Assembly: GCA_965223705.1 (NCBI GenBank)
Contig: OZ245015.1
Span: 4,128,001 to 4,192,000, forward strand
Reading direction: 5' to 3'
DNA: 64,000 bases
From: Myxococcota bacterium
GTDB lineage: Bacteria > Myxococcota_A > UBA9160 > UBA6930
Positions 18,416 to 28,127 of this stretch are shown here, piece after piece. The notes under the pieces are model-generated. The model was given only the letters and a program-made list of their open reading frames with translations, made no database searches and was not told where the DNA came from. Every line of letters starts with the position of its first letter. Position 1 is the stretch's first letter. The translations under genes and the position numbers were made by a program.

Positions 18416-21001
18416 GTGAGCGCAAGCCTCGAGCACTCCACATCGAACTCCGAGCTCCGAGCAGAGACTCTGCCGTCGGGTCTGCGTGTGCTCGCGCGCA
18501 CCTCGCGACGCGCGCCGGTCGCGGAAGTGCAGGTGTGGGCCAAGGTCGGCTCGGCGGACGAGGCCGATGACGAGTCCGGGATCGCCCACTTCCATGAGCA
18601 TATGCTCTTCAAAGGCACCGAGCGGCGCGGGCTCGGGGAAATCGCGGGCGATATCGAAGGGCGCGGCGGCTACCTGAACGCCTACACGAGCTTCGACGTC
18701 ACGGTCTATCACGCGACCTTGCCGAAGGAAGCGGTCGACGTCGGCATCGACGTCCTCGCGGACGCGACCCAGCACAGCGTCTTCGCCGAGGAGGAAGTCG
18801 AGCGGGAGATCGAAGTCGTCCTCGAAGAGATCCGTCGCTCGGAAGACACGCCGCACCACGTGCTCGGTGACGCCATCTTCGAAACGGCGTATCGCGAGCA
18901 TCCTTATCGCCGGCCGATTCTCGGCAGCCCGGAGAGCGTCCGTCGCATGACGGGCCGCCGCGTCGCCGACTTCTACCGGCGCTGGTATCGCCCGGACAAC
19001 TTGATGGTCGTGGGCGTCGGTGATTTCGACGTCGACCGTTTCGTCGAAACCGTGGCGAAGCATTTCCCAGGCGATGTGTCGGCGCCGCGCGCTCGGGCGC
19101 GCAAGGCGGAACCGGCCGTTCTCGCGCCGCGCATTCGGATCGTGCGCCGCCCGTTCGAGCGCGGTTGCTTGGAGCTCTGTTGGCCCAGCGTCTCATTCGA
19201 CCACCCCGATACGCCGCTGCTCGATCTACTCGCGTTTATCCTGGGCGAGGGCGAGAGTTGCCGACTCGTCCGTCGCTTGAAAGAAGACGCCGACGTCGCG
19301 GATCGCATCGACGCTTCCTCTTATACACCCCTCGATGCGGGCTTGTTTGGGGCCAGCGCCGATTTCGATCCGGCCCAGACCCGCGACCTCGTCTCGCGCC
19401 TCGCCGAAGAGATCGAACAATTGCGCCACGAACCGGTGAGAGCGGAAGAGCTCGACAAGGCGCGCGCAAACTTCCTGGCAGCGGAGCACTGGGAGCGCGA
19501 GAGCGTCTCGGGCCAAGCGCGCAAGCTCGGCACTTTTGAGCTCCTGGCCGGCAGTGCAGATCGCGAAGTCGACTATCTCGCGCGCGTCGCCCGCGCGACG
19601 CCGGAAGATCTTCTCGAAGTCGCCCACCGTTGGTTGGTTCCGGAGCGAGCGCTACTCGGCGTCGTCCTCCCCGAAAACGCCGACACCGAAGACGCTCACC
19701 TGAAAGAAGCGCTCAGCGAAGGCACGGAGCGGTGCTTGCGGCGTTACCGGACACCGCGACGGTCTGCGCCCGTAGGCGACGTCGTGAGCTTCGAGCTCGA
19801 TTCCGGCGCGCGCCTTCACGTCGTCCCGCGGCGCGAGCTCCCGATTGCCGCGCTCCGCTTCGCGATGCTCGGCGGGCTCCTCGCGGAAGACGCCGCCACC
19901 GCCGGCGCGGCCCATTTCCTCGCCGGGATGTGGATGCGCGGCACAAAGAAACGCAACGCCGCGACCTTCGCTCGCAACGTGGAAAGTCTGGCCGGAGATG
20001 TCGACGGGTTCTCCGGACGAAACAGCATCGGCTTGACCGTCGAAGGTACGAGCGATCGGTTGCTCCCGCTTCTCGATCTCGCGGCGGAAGCGCTTCTCGA
20101 ACCGGCTTTTTCAGAAGAAGAGCTCGACCGCGAGCGCAGCGATACCTTGGCCGCGCTCGCGCGCCGCGAGGATCGCCTCGGAGCGCGCGTCTTCGACCTC
20201 TTCTGCGAAACGATGTACCCGACGCATCCGTATCGCTTTCCGCTCCTCGGCACCGAGAGCGCTGTGAACCGGTTCACGCCGGAAGCGCAACAGGCACTGC
20301 ACGACCGAATCGTTCGCGGCGGTAACCTCGATATCGCCTGTGTCGGCGACGTCGATCCGGACGAACTGGCGTTGGCACTTTCCGTTCGCCTGACGGCGCT
20401 CGAACCGGGTCGAGCCGGTTTTGCGCTGCCCGAAGAAGACGCGGTTCCGGAGGGTCCCCGCGAAGTGGTCGCGACGAAAGATCGCGCGCAGGCGCACTTG
20501 GTTCTGGGATTTCCCGGGCTTCGCCTCGACGACCCCGACCGCTATGCCCTCGACGTGTTGTCTCAGGTGTTGGGCGGGCAGGCGGGCAGGCTCTTTATGG
20601 AGCTTCGCGACAAGCGCAGCCTCGCATACAGCGTGTCGGCGTTCGCCGCGGAAGGGCTCGCCCCGGGCTATTTCGCGTTCATGATCGCGACCGCTCCCGA
20701 TAAGTTCGAAGACGCGAAGCGCGGGCTCTATGAGGAAGTGGCGCGCTTGTTCGACGAGCCTCCGGACGCGGCCGAGCTCGACGCGGCCAAGCAGCAGATC
20801 GTCGGGAGCTTCGCGATCGAAAGCCAGCGCGCCGGCGCCCGCGCTTTCCACATGGCGCTCGACGCGCGCTACGGACTGGGCGTCGACAACGCGACACACA
20901 CCCCGGAACGCGTGCGAGCGGTGTCGAAAGATGACGTCCGCCGCGTCGCAGAACGCATCTTTGATATGGACCGCTCGATCTTGGCGGCGATTCGGCCGTA
21001 G
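18416..21001 (+). CDS. M16 family zinc peptidase (fused alpha/beta type)
   Basis: Inverted zinc motif AHFHEHMLFKGT, NAYTSFD, FYRRWYRPDN; second half has a degenerate motif; start inferred at GTG 18416. Confidence 0.9.
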   Translation: MSASLEHSTSNSELRAETLPSGLRVLARTSRRAPVAEVQVWAKVGSADEADDESGIAHFHEHMLFKGTERRGLGEIAGDIEGRGGYLNAYTSFDVTVYHATLPKEAVDVGIDVLADATQHSVFAEEEVEREIEVVLEEIRRSEDTPHHVLGDAIFETAYREHPYRRPILGSPESVRRMTGRRVADFYRRWYRPDNLMVVGVGDFDVDRFVETVAKHFPGDVSAPRARARKAEPAVLAPRIRIVRRPFERGCLELCWPSVSFDHPDTPLLDLLAFILGEGESCRLVRRLKEDADVADRIDASSYTPLDAGLFGASADFDPAQTRDLVSRLAEEIEQLRHEPVRAEELDKARANFLAAEHWERESVSGQARKLGTFELLAGSADREVDYLARVARATPEDLLEVAHRWLVPERALLGVVLPENADTEDAHLKEALSEGTERCLRRYRTPRRSAPVGDVVSFELDSGARLHVVPRRELPIAALRFAMLGGLLAEDAATAGAAHFLAGMWMRGTKKRNAATFARNVESLAGDVDGFSGRNSIGLTVEGTSDRLLPLLDLAAEALLEPAFSEEELDRERSDTLAALARREDRLGARVFDLFCETMYPTHPYRFPLLGTESAVNRFTPEAQQALHDRIVRGGNLDIACVGDVDPDELALALSVRLTALEPGRAGFALPEEDAVPEGPREVVATKDRAQAHLVLGFPGLRLDDPDRYALDVLSQVLGGQAGRLFMELRDKRSLAYSVSAFAAEGLAPGYFAFMIATAPDKFEDAKRGLYEEVARLFDEPPDAAELDAAKQQIVGSFAIESQRAGARAFHMALDARYGLGVDNATHTPERVRAVSKDDVRRVAERIFDMDRSILAAIRP

Positions 21002-21007
21002 CCGCTT

Positions 21008-22765
21008 TCAGGGAGCGATGGCCAGGCCGTCGCCCCGTGGATCCGTGCCCCCGAAAAAGCGCCCTCCCCCTGCGTCGACGTGAATTGCCTGGGCGCTCGA
21101 CCAGAAGCGCCCCGACACCTCGACGTTGTGGCCGCGGTCGCGGAGGGCCTCGATGACATCCGCGGGGACGTCGGGCTCGACCAGCAAGCGATCGGGGAGC
21201 CACTGGTGATGGAATCTCGGGGCCGATACCGCCGCCTGCACGTCCATCCCGTAGTCGATCACGTTCAAGATCGAGAGCAGCGTCGTCGTGATGATGCGAG
21301 GGCCACCGGGGCTGCCGGTGATGAGGAACGGTTCTCCGTCGCGCAGCACGATCGTCGGCGTCATGCTCGAGAGCGGTCGCTTCCGCGGTGCGACGGCGTT
21401 CGCACCGCGCGTATCGACCAAGCCGAACGCGTTCGGCGTGTCGAGGGCAATCGAGAAATCGTCCATCTCGTTGTTGAGCACCACGCCGGTGCCCGGCACC
21501 GTGATCCCCGAACCGAACAACAAGTTGATGGTCTGGGTGACCGAGACCGCGTTGCCCGCGGCGTCGATGACCGAGAAGTGCGTCGTGCCTCCGTCGTGGG
21601 GCGCCTCACCCGGGCCCGCGACTTCGATCGCGACCTCGTCGAGATGCCAGGTGAGCGGCGAACGGCTCCAGCGGGGCGGGTTGATCCGCGCGCGCAGCTT
21701 CTCGGCGTAGGTGGCCTTGCCGAGCCATCCGGGGATCTCGACGAAGTCCGGATCGCCCAAGTGCGCAGCGCGATCGGCGAACGCGAGCTTCATCGCTTCG
21801 GTGATCACATGGAGGCTCTTCGACGAGCCCGCCCCGCGTGCGGCGAGATCGAAGCCTTCGAGAATCTGAAGCATCGAGACCAGCGCCAGGCCGCCTGAGG
21901 ACGGCGGCGGGAACGACAGGACCTCGTAGCCGCGATATGTCCCGCGGCTGGGTTCTCGAACGGCTGGGCGATACGCAGCGAGATCTTGTGCGGTGAGTAT
22001 GCCCCCCGCCTCGCGGGCCGCCGCGACCATCCGGTCGGCGAGCTCCCCCTTGTAGAAAGCGCCGGGACCGGCCGAGGCCAAGTGGCGGAGGGTCTTCCCC
22101 TTCTCGGGTTGGCGCAGCACGGTTCCCACGAGCGCTTCCGGCGGCTGACCGCGCACCGGCAGCTGAATGGCCGCGGTCGCGGGGAACCGATCGGCGAGTC
22201 GGTCGTCCCAGAACGCGAGCGAGCGCGCGTGGCTGCGCCCCAGCGCGAAGCCCTCTTCCGCGATTCGGATCGCCGGCTCGACCAGCGTCGCAAACTCGAG
22301 ATTCCCCCACTGCTCCCGCGCGAGTTCGAGGCCGGCGACGAGCCCTGGGGTCGCGACGGCCAGCCCACCCCACCGCGACGCGTCCTTCGCGACACCCTCG
22401 GCGACGTACATGTCGCGCGAAGCAGCGGCCGGCGCCGTCTCTCGCGCGTCGACGGCGTACACCTCGCCGCTCGCGAGTCGAACGAGAAGGAAGCCGCCGC
22501 CGCCGATTCCGGAGTGGTGTGGGTCGCTCACGGACAGCGCCAACGAGATCGCGACCGCTGCATCGATCGCGTTTCCACCCGCTCGCAAGATGGCGGCACC
22601 CGCCCGGCTTGCATCGACCTGTGGGGTAACCACCATGCCTCGCGTGCCTACAACGGGCGCTGGTGCGGCACCGAAGGCCGGATAGGCGAACGCGACGAGA
22701 GCGAGAACGAGAAGCTTCAGCGGACGCTTCCGGTGGCCGAGTGACTGGCGATGACGAGCCGACAC
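21008..22765 (-). CDS. ggt: Gamma-glutamyltransferase
   Basis: Signal peptide, GGNAIDAAVA, SGIGGGGF, DARETAP, catalytic TTHFSVID, LNNEMDDF, PLSSMTPT, GSPGG. Confidence 0.95.
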   Translation of the reverse strand: MSARHRQSLGHRKRPLKLLVLALVAFAYPAFGAAPAPVVGTRGMVVTPQVDASRAGAAILRAGGNAIDAAVAISLALSVSDPHHSGIGGGGFLLVRLASGEVYAVDARETAPAAASRDMYVAEGVAKDASRWGGLAVATPGLVAGLELAREQWGNLEFATLVEPAIRIAEEGFALGRSHARSLAFWDDRLADRFPATAAIQLPVRGQPPEALVGTVLRQPEKGKTLRHLASAGPGAFYKGELADRMVAAAREAGGILTAQDLAAYRPAVREPSRGTYRGYEVLSFPPPSSGGLALVSMLQILEGFDLAARGAGSSKSLHVITEAMKLAFADRAAHLGDPDFVEIPGWLGKATYAEKLRARINPPRWSRSPLTWHLDEVAIEVAGPGEAPHDGGTTHFSVIDAAGNAVSVTQTINLLFGSGITVPGTGVVLNNEMDDFSIALDTPNAFGLVDTRGANAVAPRKRPLSSMTPTIVLRDGEPFLITGSPGGPRIITTTLLSILNVIDYGMDVQAAVSAPRFHHQWLPDRLLVEPDVPADVIEALRDRGHNVEVSGRFWSSAQAIHVDAGGGRFFGGTDPRGDGLAIAP

Positions 22766-22802
22766 GGCGCGACGCTAACACACGCGGGGCGAGGAGAATC
22801 CG

Positions 22803-23513
22803 GTGAAGCGACCTAATCCGCTCACACTATCGCGACTTACCGTCGCCCTATTCGCAGCCTCACTGGTGATCGCCGCCTGTGGCGCCGAAGAACCGCCGCC
22901 CGACCCGCCGAAACTGACCCGCGTTCCGGTCCCCGTACCCGAAGCGACCGGCCCGAGACCCGTGGTGGCGGTCGAGGTCGCCGAGTTCGGGACGATCCAG
23001 ATCGAGCTCTTCCCGGACGTCGCGCCCAAAACCGTCGATAACTTCTTGAAACTCGCCGACGAAGACTTCTACGTCGGGACCACCTTCCACCGCGTGATCC
23101 CGGAATTCGCGATCCAAGGCGGCGACCCGCTCTCGAAAGATCGCGACCCGCGCAACGACGGCGCCGGCGACCCCGGCTACGTCATCGAGGACGAGTACAC
23201 ACAGATCGCGCATCGCCGCGGCATCGTTTCCATGGCCAACAAGGGCCACCCGAAGACCGCCGGCTCCCAATTCTTCATCGTGGTCGAGGACCAACCGCAC
23301 TTCGACGGGAAGTACGCCGTCTTCGGCCGCGTGATCGAAGGCATGGACGTCGTCGACAAGATCAGCGTGACCCCGCGCGACGTCTACGGACGCTACGGCC
23401 CGCCCGATCGGCCGCGCGAGAACGTGGTGATCGCCGGAATCGAGCAGATCTCCGATGGCACCGCGGCGTTGGCAAAGAACGAAGAACCCATCGCCGGCGA
23501 GGACGCGCCCTAG
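22803..23513 (+). CDS. Cyclophilin-type peptidyl-prolyl isomerase, lipoprotein
   Basis: Lipobox LVIAAC; APKTVDNF, FHRVIPEFAIQGGDP, SMANKG, GSQFFI, YAVFGRV. Confidence 0.93.
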   Translation: MKRPNPLTLSRLTVALFAASLVIAACGAEEPPPDPPKLTRVPVPVPEATGPRPVVAVEVAEFGTIQIELFPDVAPKTVDNFLKLADEDFYVGTTFHRVIPEFAIQGGDPLSKDRDPRNDGAGDPGYVIEDEYTQIAHRRGIVSMANKGHPKTAGSQFFIVVEDQPHFDGKYAVFGRVIEGMDVVDKISVTPRDVYGRYGPPDRPRENVVIAGIEQISDGTAALAKNEEPIAGEDAP

Positions 23514-23549
23514 CCCACCCCGCATCCAGCCGGTAGATTTCCGCTTCCT

Positions 23550-23625
23550 GGCCCGGTAGCTCAGTTGGTAGAGCACCTGACTGAAAATCAGGGTGTCGGC
23601 AGTTCGATTCTGCCCTGGGCCACCA
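23550..23625 (+). tRNA. tRNA-Phe (GAA)
   Basis: 76 nt; acceptor GGCCCGG/CTGGGCC-A-CCA, D-arm TAGCTCAGTTGGTAGAGC, anticodon loop CTGAAAA, T-loop TTCGATT. Confidence 0.97.
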
Positions 23626-23775
23626 TTCATTCCCATCTCAAGCTAGTCAGGCACAGACAACGCCGAGAACTGGATGCTCGGGGCTCACTCCCACGTTCCC
23701 GGACGGGCGGAAAGAGCGGGACGCTGCGTCTCGACGAGCCGCCTCGAATCGTCACACCGCTAGAATCTCTCGCGA

Positions 23776-24339
23776 ATGACCCTCTTCGAGTACATATCCG
23801 TCGCGATTTCGTTGGTGCTGTCGCTCGCGGCGGTGCGGGTGTTGGGCGGACTTTCGGTGGCGTTCGCGGAAGGGCGGCGGTTCTGGGTGCACGCGGCCTG
23901 GCTCGTGATGGTGCTCGGCATCTCGGCACTCGTATGGTGGAACTTCTGGTCGTTCCGAGACGCTGATTGGAACCTCTTTCGGTTTCTCATGGTGCTGGCA
24001 GCGCCAGGCTCGATCTACCTCATGGGCGCAGCTCTCGTACCCGAGAGCCCCGGCGAGGTCGCGTCGTGGGAGGAACACTTCTTCTTCGCGCGAAGACGCT
24101 TCTTTCTGGCGCTCGGTGCGTTCTTCGTCACGGTGTCGACGACGTCCTACGTGCTCCTCGAGATCCCGTGGATGACTGCCGCGCGGGCTTCCCAGATTGT
24201 GGGCTTCACGCTCGCGGTAGTGGGCGTGGTGTCGCCGAGCCCGCGGGTACATCGCATCCTTCCGATCGCCTTTGCCGTACTGCTCGCCGCTGTCTCGTTC
24301 CTGATCTTCGAGCGGCCGGGGTCGCTCAACGACGTCTAG
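23776..24339 (+). CDS. Hypothetical multi-pass membrane protein
   Basis: 187 aa with about 6 hydrophobic segments; TAGAAT lies 9 nt upstream of the ATG. Confidence 0.75.
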   Translation: MTLFEYISVAISLVLSLAAVRVLGGLSVAFAEGRRFWVHAAWLVMVLGISALVWWNFWSFRDADWNLFRFLMVLAAPGSIYLMGAALVPESPGEVASWEEHFFFARRRFFLALGAFFVTVSTTSYVLLEIPWMTAARASQIVGFTLAVVGVVSPSPRVHRILPIAFAVLLAAVSFLIFERPGSLNDV

Positions 24340-24473
24340 CGATGACTCTTCGGCTGCGGGTTGACGTTGGCGAGCGAATGGTCTCAGCCGGGCGATGAAG
24401 CTAGGTTGCGGGTTCCGCGCCAACCGATCGGTTCGCTTGCGAAGCTTTCGTACCGGCATCATTGAGGACCACC

Positions 24474-25262
24474 ATGGACTCCGCGCCCTTCCCGAAACCC
24501 ACCAAAGATTTCGAACGCGCGAAGCGCGACATCGTCGAGTACGGGCTGTGCGTCATCCCCGACGTACTCACGGGCGACCAACTGGCGCGCACGCGACAGC
24601 GCCTCTACGAGGCCACCGAGTGGGACGCGCAGCGGGGGCTCACGGGCGATCCATTTGTGCTCGACGTCGACGCGAGCAACCGCCGCGTGTGGGCGCTCCT
24701 CAACAAGGGCTGGGAGTTTGTCGAGATGGCCGAGCATCCCGTGGCCCTCGAGCTACTCCGTTCCGTGTTGGGCTGGCCGATGCTGCTCTGCAACATCAGC
24801 GGAAACATCACCGGGCCCGGCGGTGACGCGGGCGTGCTGCACGCCGATCAGATCTTCTCGCCCGAGCCGTGGTCGGCGGCTTACGGCGCGAACGCGGTGT
24901 GGATGCTCGATGATTTCACCGAAGCCAACGGGGCGACCCGTATCGTGCCGGGTAGTCACCGCTTGAACCGGATACCGCGCGAGGACGAACTCGAAACGGA
25001 AACGGTGGCGCTCGAGGGTGCGGCCGGAACCCTGGTCGTCATGGAGGCGCGCGTCTGGCACCGGACCGGTGCAAACCAGACGCGCGATTCGTATCGGGGC
25101 GGGGTATTCGGTTGGTACACGCTGCCGATCTACCGCACCCAGGAAAATTGGTTCCTCTCGCTCAACCCGAACGTTCGACAGAGCGCGTCGGATACCCTCC
25201 TCGAGCTACTCGCCTTCCGAACGGAAGGTCTCGGGTTGGTGAACGGCGCGTCGCCGATCTGA
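24474..25262 (+). CDS. Phytanoyl-CoA dioxygenase family (Fe(II)/2-oxoglutarate) protein
   Basis: LHADQ (HxD), LDDFTEANGATRIVPGSH, distal WHRTGAN. Confidence 0.88.
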   Translation: MDSAPFPKPTKDFERAKRDIVEYGLCVIPDVLTGDQLARTRQRLYEATEWDAQRGLTGDPFVLDVDASNRRVWALLNKGWEFVEMAEHPVALELLRSVLGWPMLLCNISGNITGPGGDAGVLHADQIFSPEPWSAAYGANAVWMLDDFTEANGATRIVPGSHRLNRIPREDELETETVALEGAAGTLVVMEARVWHRTGANQTRDSYRGGVFGWYTLPIYRTQENWFLSLNPNVRQSASDTLLELLAFRTEGLGLVNGASPI

Positions 25263-25272
25263 GGAATGCCGT

Positions 25273-26481
25273 CTAGGCCACGATTACCGTCGCGGGATCG
25301 GCGGCGGCGAGTGCCGTCTCGCGATCCGGTTTGGGCGGATAGATCCACTCCGTGTTGATGCTTCGCTTGAGTGCCTTGGCGTCCTCGCGCACCATCTTGA
25401 CCTCGCGCTCCCAGCCTTCGGAATAGACGGCTCCCCACGGACCGAGATCGAGACACGTCACGTACTTGGGCTGGCTGTACGGTAAGAGGGGCTGACCCAG
25501 AAGGTCCGCGGCCGCGTTGTGCCCGGCGTAACGCCCGAGGCTCAAGGCGTGTTGGCACGACATCAGGGCGGTGTTCCCCAGGTCGTCCGTCGCGGCCAAC
25601 GCCGTGTCGCCTGCTACGAAGACCTCGCCGGCACCCTTCGCGCGCAGCTCGCGGTCCACGTGAACGCGACCCAAGGAATCGTGTTCACCGGGGATCTGGG
25701 CGGCTAGGGGATGCGCGCGAAGCCCCGCCGTCCAGACCACCGTCTGTGCCGGGATTCGCTCGCCGGATGCGGTGGTCACCCCGTCGGCGTCGACCGACAC
25801 GGCAGCGGTCGACATCATCACTTCCACCGCTTCACTCGCGAGCGCTTCTTCGATGTACGGTCGCGGTCCCGGCCCGAGGTCGGGACCAATCTCCTGCGCA
25901 CGCTCGAGGAGAACGACGCGAAGCGCCGTGTCGTCACCGAGGATCGCGCGCAGCCGCTTCGGCATGTCGGCCGCCGTCTCGATTCCGGTGAACCCGCCAC
26001 CGGCGATCACCACCGTATTTCGACTCGGGCTCTCCGGCCGTTCAGCGAGCGAGTGGAGATGTTCGTCGAGAGCGACGGCACTCGAGAGCTGATCGACGTT
26101 GAAAGCGTGTTCTTGCAGACCGGGAATTTCCGGCAGGAAGACGGTGCTGCCTACGGCCAGGACGAAGCGGTCGTAGGGCAGAACGACGCGCTCGTCGTCG
26201 GGCGACCGCACCTCCAACTGGCGTGCCTCGGGCCGAATGGCTTCGACCCATCCGGGTACGTGTTCCACACCAACGGCGTCGAACAAAGGGCCGATGTCGG
26301 GAGCCATCTCGTCGAACGCCGTCTCGTAGAAACGCGGCCGGATATGAAGCTCGGGTTTCGGCGACACGACGGCGATCGCAATGTCGCTTTCTTTGCCTGC
26401 CATCGAGACTGCGCGTGCAGCTGCCAGTGCGGCCCACATTCCGGCGAATCCCGAACCTGCTACGACGATCTTCTGAGTCAC
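25273..26481 (-). CDS. FAD-dependent pyridine nucleotide oxidoreductase (NDH-2-like)
   Basis: Two Rossmann motifs (VVAGSGFAG, VIAGGGFTGIE), VWTAG, FVAGD. Confidence 0.88.
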   Translation of the reverse strand: MTQKIVVAGSGFAGMWAALAAARAVSMAGKESDIAIAVVSPKPELHIRPRFYETAFDEMAPDIGPLFDAVGVEHVPGWVEAIRPEARQLEVRSPDDERVVLPYDRFVLAVGSTVFLPEIPGLQEHAFNVDQLSSAVALDEHLHSLAERPESPSRNTVVIAGGGFTGIETAADMPKRLRAILGDDTALRVVLLERAQEIGPDLGPGPRPYIEEALASEAVEVMMSTAAVSVDADGVTTASGERIPAQTVVWTAGLRAHPLAAQIPGEHDSLGRVHVDRELRAKGAGEVFVAGDTALAATDDLGNTALMSCQHALSLGRYAGHNAAADLLGQPLLPYSQPKYVTCLDLGPWGAVYSEGWEREVKMVREDAKALKRSINTEWIYPPKPDRETALAAADPATVIVA

Positions 26482-27017
26482 TCTCGTCCTCCGTGCGGCG
26501 CTGAGTTCTTGGCGCCGCGGCCCAATTGTCTCTCATGGAGCCAACCGCGGATGTCCTCCGAGAACCGGCGCGGAGCCTTCCGACCGACGCGGGCGGCCAG
26601 GCCAGCGAGCGTCTCCTCCGCAAGGCTCTCGCGCATCGCCGCTTCTGCGCGAAGCATGACGGCGTGGATCGAACACACCCCTTGCGTGGCCCACCGGGGC
26701 GCCGAATCGCCGAAGACGGCACAACGGTCGCGGACCTCGCGACACTCGAAGAGCGGCTTGTCGCCTTCGATGGCGTCCACCACGTCGAGGACCGTGATCT
26801 CGGAGGGCGGGCGCGCCAGCCGGTAGCCACCATGAACGCCTTCGGCACCGGACACGATTCCTGCCTTCTCGAGCTTGGGAAAAATCTTTGCGACGAAGGA
26901 AGGCGAAACGCCCTGCAACTCAGAGAGATCGCGGGTGCTCGGTTGGCCCACACCGGCGTCCACCAACCAGAGCAGGCAGTGAAGCCCATATTCGACTCCG
27001 CTTGTAAGGTGCGGCAT
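26478..27017 (-). CDS. Rrf2-family regulator, RsrR-like ([2Fe-2S] Glu/His/Cys/Cys ligand pattern)
   Basis: SGVEYGLHC (E9/H13), GVHGGYRLARPPSEITVLDVVDAIEG, FECREVR..C..CSIH. Confidence 0.9.
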   Translation of the reverse strand: MPHLTSGVEYGLHCLLWLVDAGVGQPSTRDLSELQGVSPSFVAKIFPKLEKAGIVSGAEGVHGGYRLARPPSEITVLDVVDAIEGDKPLFECREVRDRCAVFGDSAPRWATQGVCSIHAVMLRAEAAMRESLAEETLAGLAARVGRKAPRRFSEDIRGWLHERQLGRGAKNSAPHGGRE

Positions 27018-27053
27018 AACGAAGACTATATCAGTCCGCGTTTAATCGTGCAA
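27018..27053 (-). promoter_or_regulatory. sigma70 promoter with 11-3-11 inverted-repeat operator for the Rrf2 gene
   Basis: TTGCAC-N17-TATAGT-N7-ATG; AACGAAGACTA-tat-CAGTCCGCGTT (8/11 symmetric) at 27018-27042. Confidence 0.65.
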
Positions 27054-27109
27054 TCGACAGAGCGCGAAAGCGACATCTACTTCTGAGCGCGCGACGTATC
27101 TGTCATTGC

Positions 27110-27778
27110 ATGTCCGCACTGCTTCGTCTCGTGGTGATTTCGATTGCTGCCTTCCTTTGCGTCGGTTTCACTCCCAACCGTGAACAGACCGAGCGTTTCC
27201 TAAGAATTTTGGCGGAAAGCGGTTTCACGATTGAAGACATTTCGACGGCTCTCGATGCTGAGCCGACGTGCCGGGACATAAGTCCGCCGAGCTGCGTGAT
27301 CTCAATTCTCAATCCGTCGAAACACGAATGCTCGTGGAGCCAACGCCGCTGCAAAGTGCGCAGTTGGGATGGTCGACACTGGAACGACCACGTATCGCCC
27401 TACCCATGCTCGCTTTCCTGTACGTATCACTACAGAGCGGGGATTCCGGCCAGTCCCTACGGAGGGACCGATTGTTTCTTCGAGATCGCTGATCCGCTTC
27501 CGGAGCGGCTCGTGCCGGATCTCTCTTTCCTTCTAGACGAGTGCGAGGTGCGCGATCGGATGCAACACGGTGCTTGTGACATGCGCGATCGCGGATCAAC
27601 GATCAAGATCGGGCCAGCCGTCGCCTGGTGTTTTCAGGTGGGACCTGACGGGTCACAGAACCTTCGGTCATCCAACCGAAAAGGGACTTCAAGAATGCGT
27701 GAGAACGCTGCGGAGACAGGCGAGCGACGAAGCGTATCGTTTGTGTCAATCCGGGCAGCAGACCCGCGACGGGTTTGA
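27110..27778 (+). CDS. Hypothetical Cys-rich protein with signal-peptide-like N-terminus
   Basis: Hydrophobic N-terminus, many Cys residues, visibly lower GC than the flanks; no recognisable family. Confidence 0.4.
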   Translation: MSALLRLVVISIAAFLCVGFTPNREQTERFLRILAESGFTIEDISTALDAEPTCRDISPPSCVISILNPSKHECSWSQRRCKVRSWDGRHWNDHVSPYPCSLSCTYHYRAGIPASPYGGTDCFFEIADPLPERLVPDLSFLLDECEVRDRMQHGACDMRDRGSTIKIGPAVAWCFQVGPDGSQNLRSSNRKGTSRMRENAAETGERRSVSFVSIRAADPRRV

Positions 27779-27929
27779 GAAGCAGCTGTACCAAGCTGTC
27801 GGTCTTCTGTATGAAAAGTGTTGGTGGCCACCCCCTCGCGCCATAACAAGGTCTAGTCGAGCTCGCGGGGGAACAGGAGCCCCGCCCCCGCATGCTACGA
27901 TCGCGCTCCCTTGATTTGGAGCATTCCCC

Positions 27930-28108
27930 ATGGCCCTACGACTCGCCCGTGCCTTCGCCACGTCGCTCGACACGCGCTCGATCGCGCGCAGTGGCGCGAC
28001 CGTCTGGCTGCCTTGGAAGCAGAGGGAGCGACCGAGATCGCCTACCAGCCGGCGGGCAAGGACATCGCCCGCGAGCTCGAAGCGTTCGCATCGGTAGTGA
28101 AGGGCTAG
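27930..28108 (+). pseudogene. Relic of an LLM-class flavin-dependent oxidoreductase (N- and C-termini joined out of frame)
   Basis: GGAG RBS plus ATG 27930 gives MALRLARAFATSLDT (LLM-like N-terminus). Another frame gives ..DRLAALEAEGATEIAYQPAGKDIARELEAFA (LLM-like C-terminus). CGCTCGA is repeated at the junction. Confidence 0.55.
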
Positions 28109-28127
28109 AGCGCCCAAGGAGCCATCC

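Noticed and set aside
17174..19063. Apparent large overlap between a 1275-aa ORF and a 616-aa ORF
   Set aside because: Both are spurious N-terminal extensions; the real genes (hemW and the M16 peptidase) start divergently at about 18376 and 18416.
27822..27829. TGGTGGCC, the reverse complement of the tRNA-Phe 3' end, as a possible att site
   Set aside because: It is only 8 bp, is inverted rather than direct, and there is no integrase in the window, so an integrated element cannot be supported.
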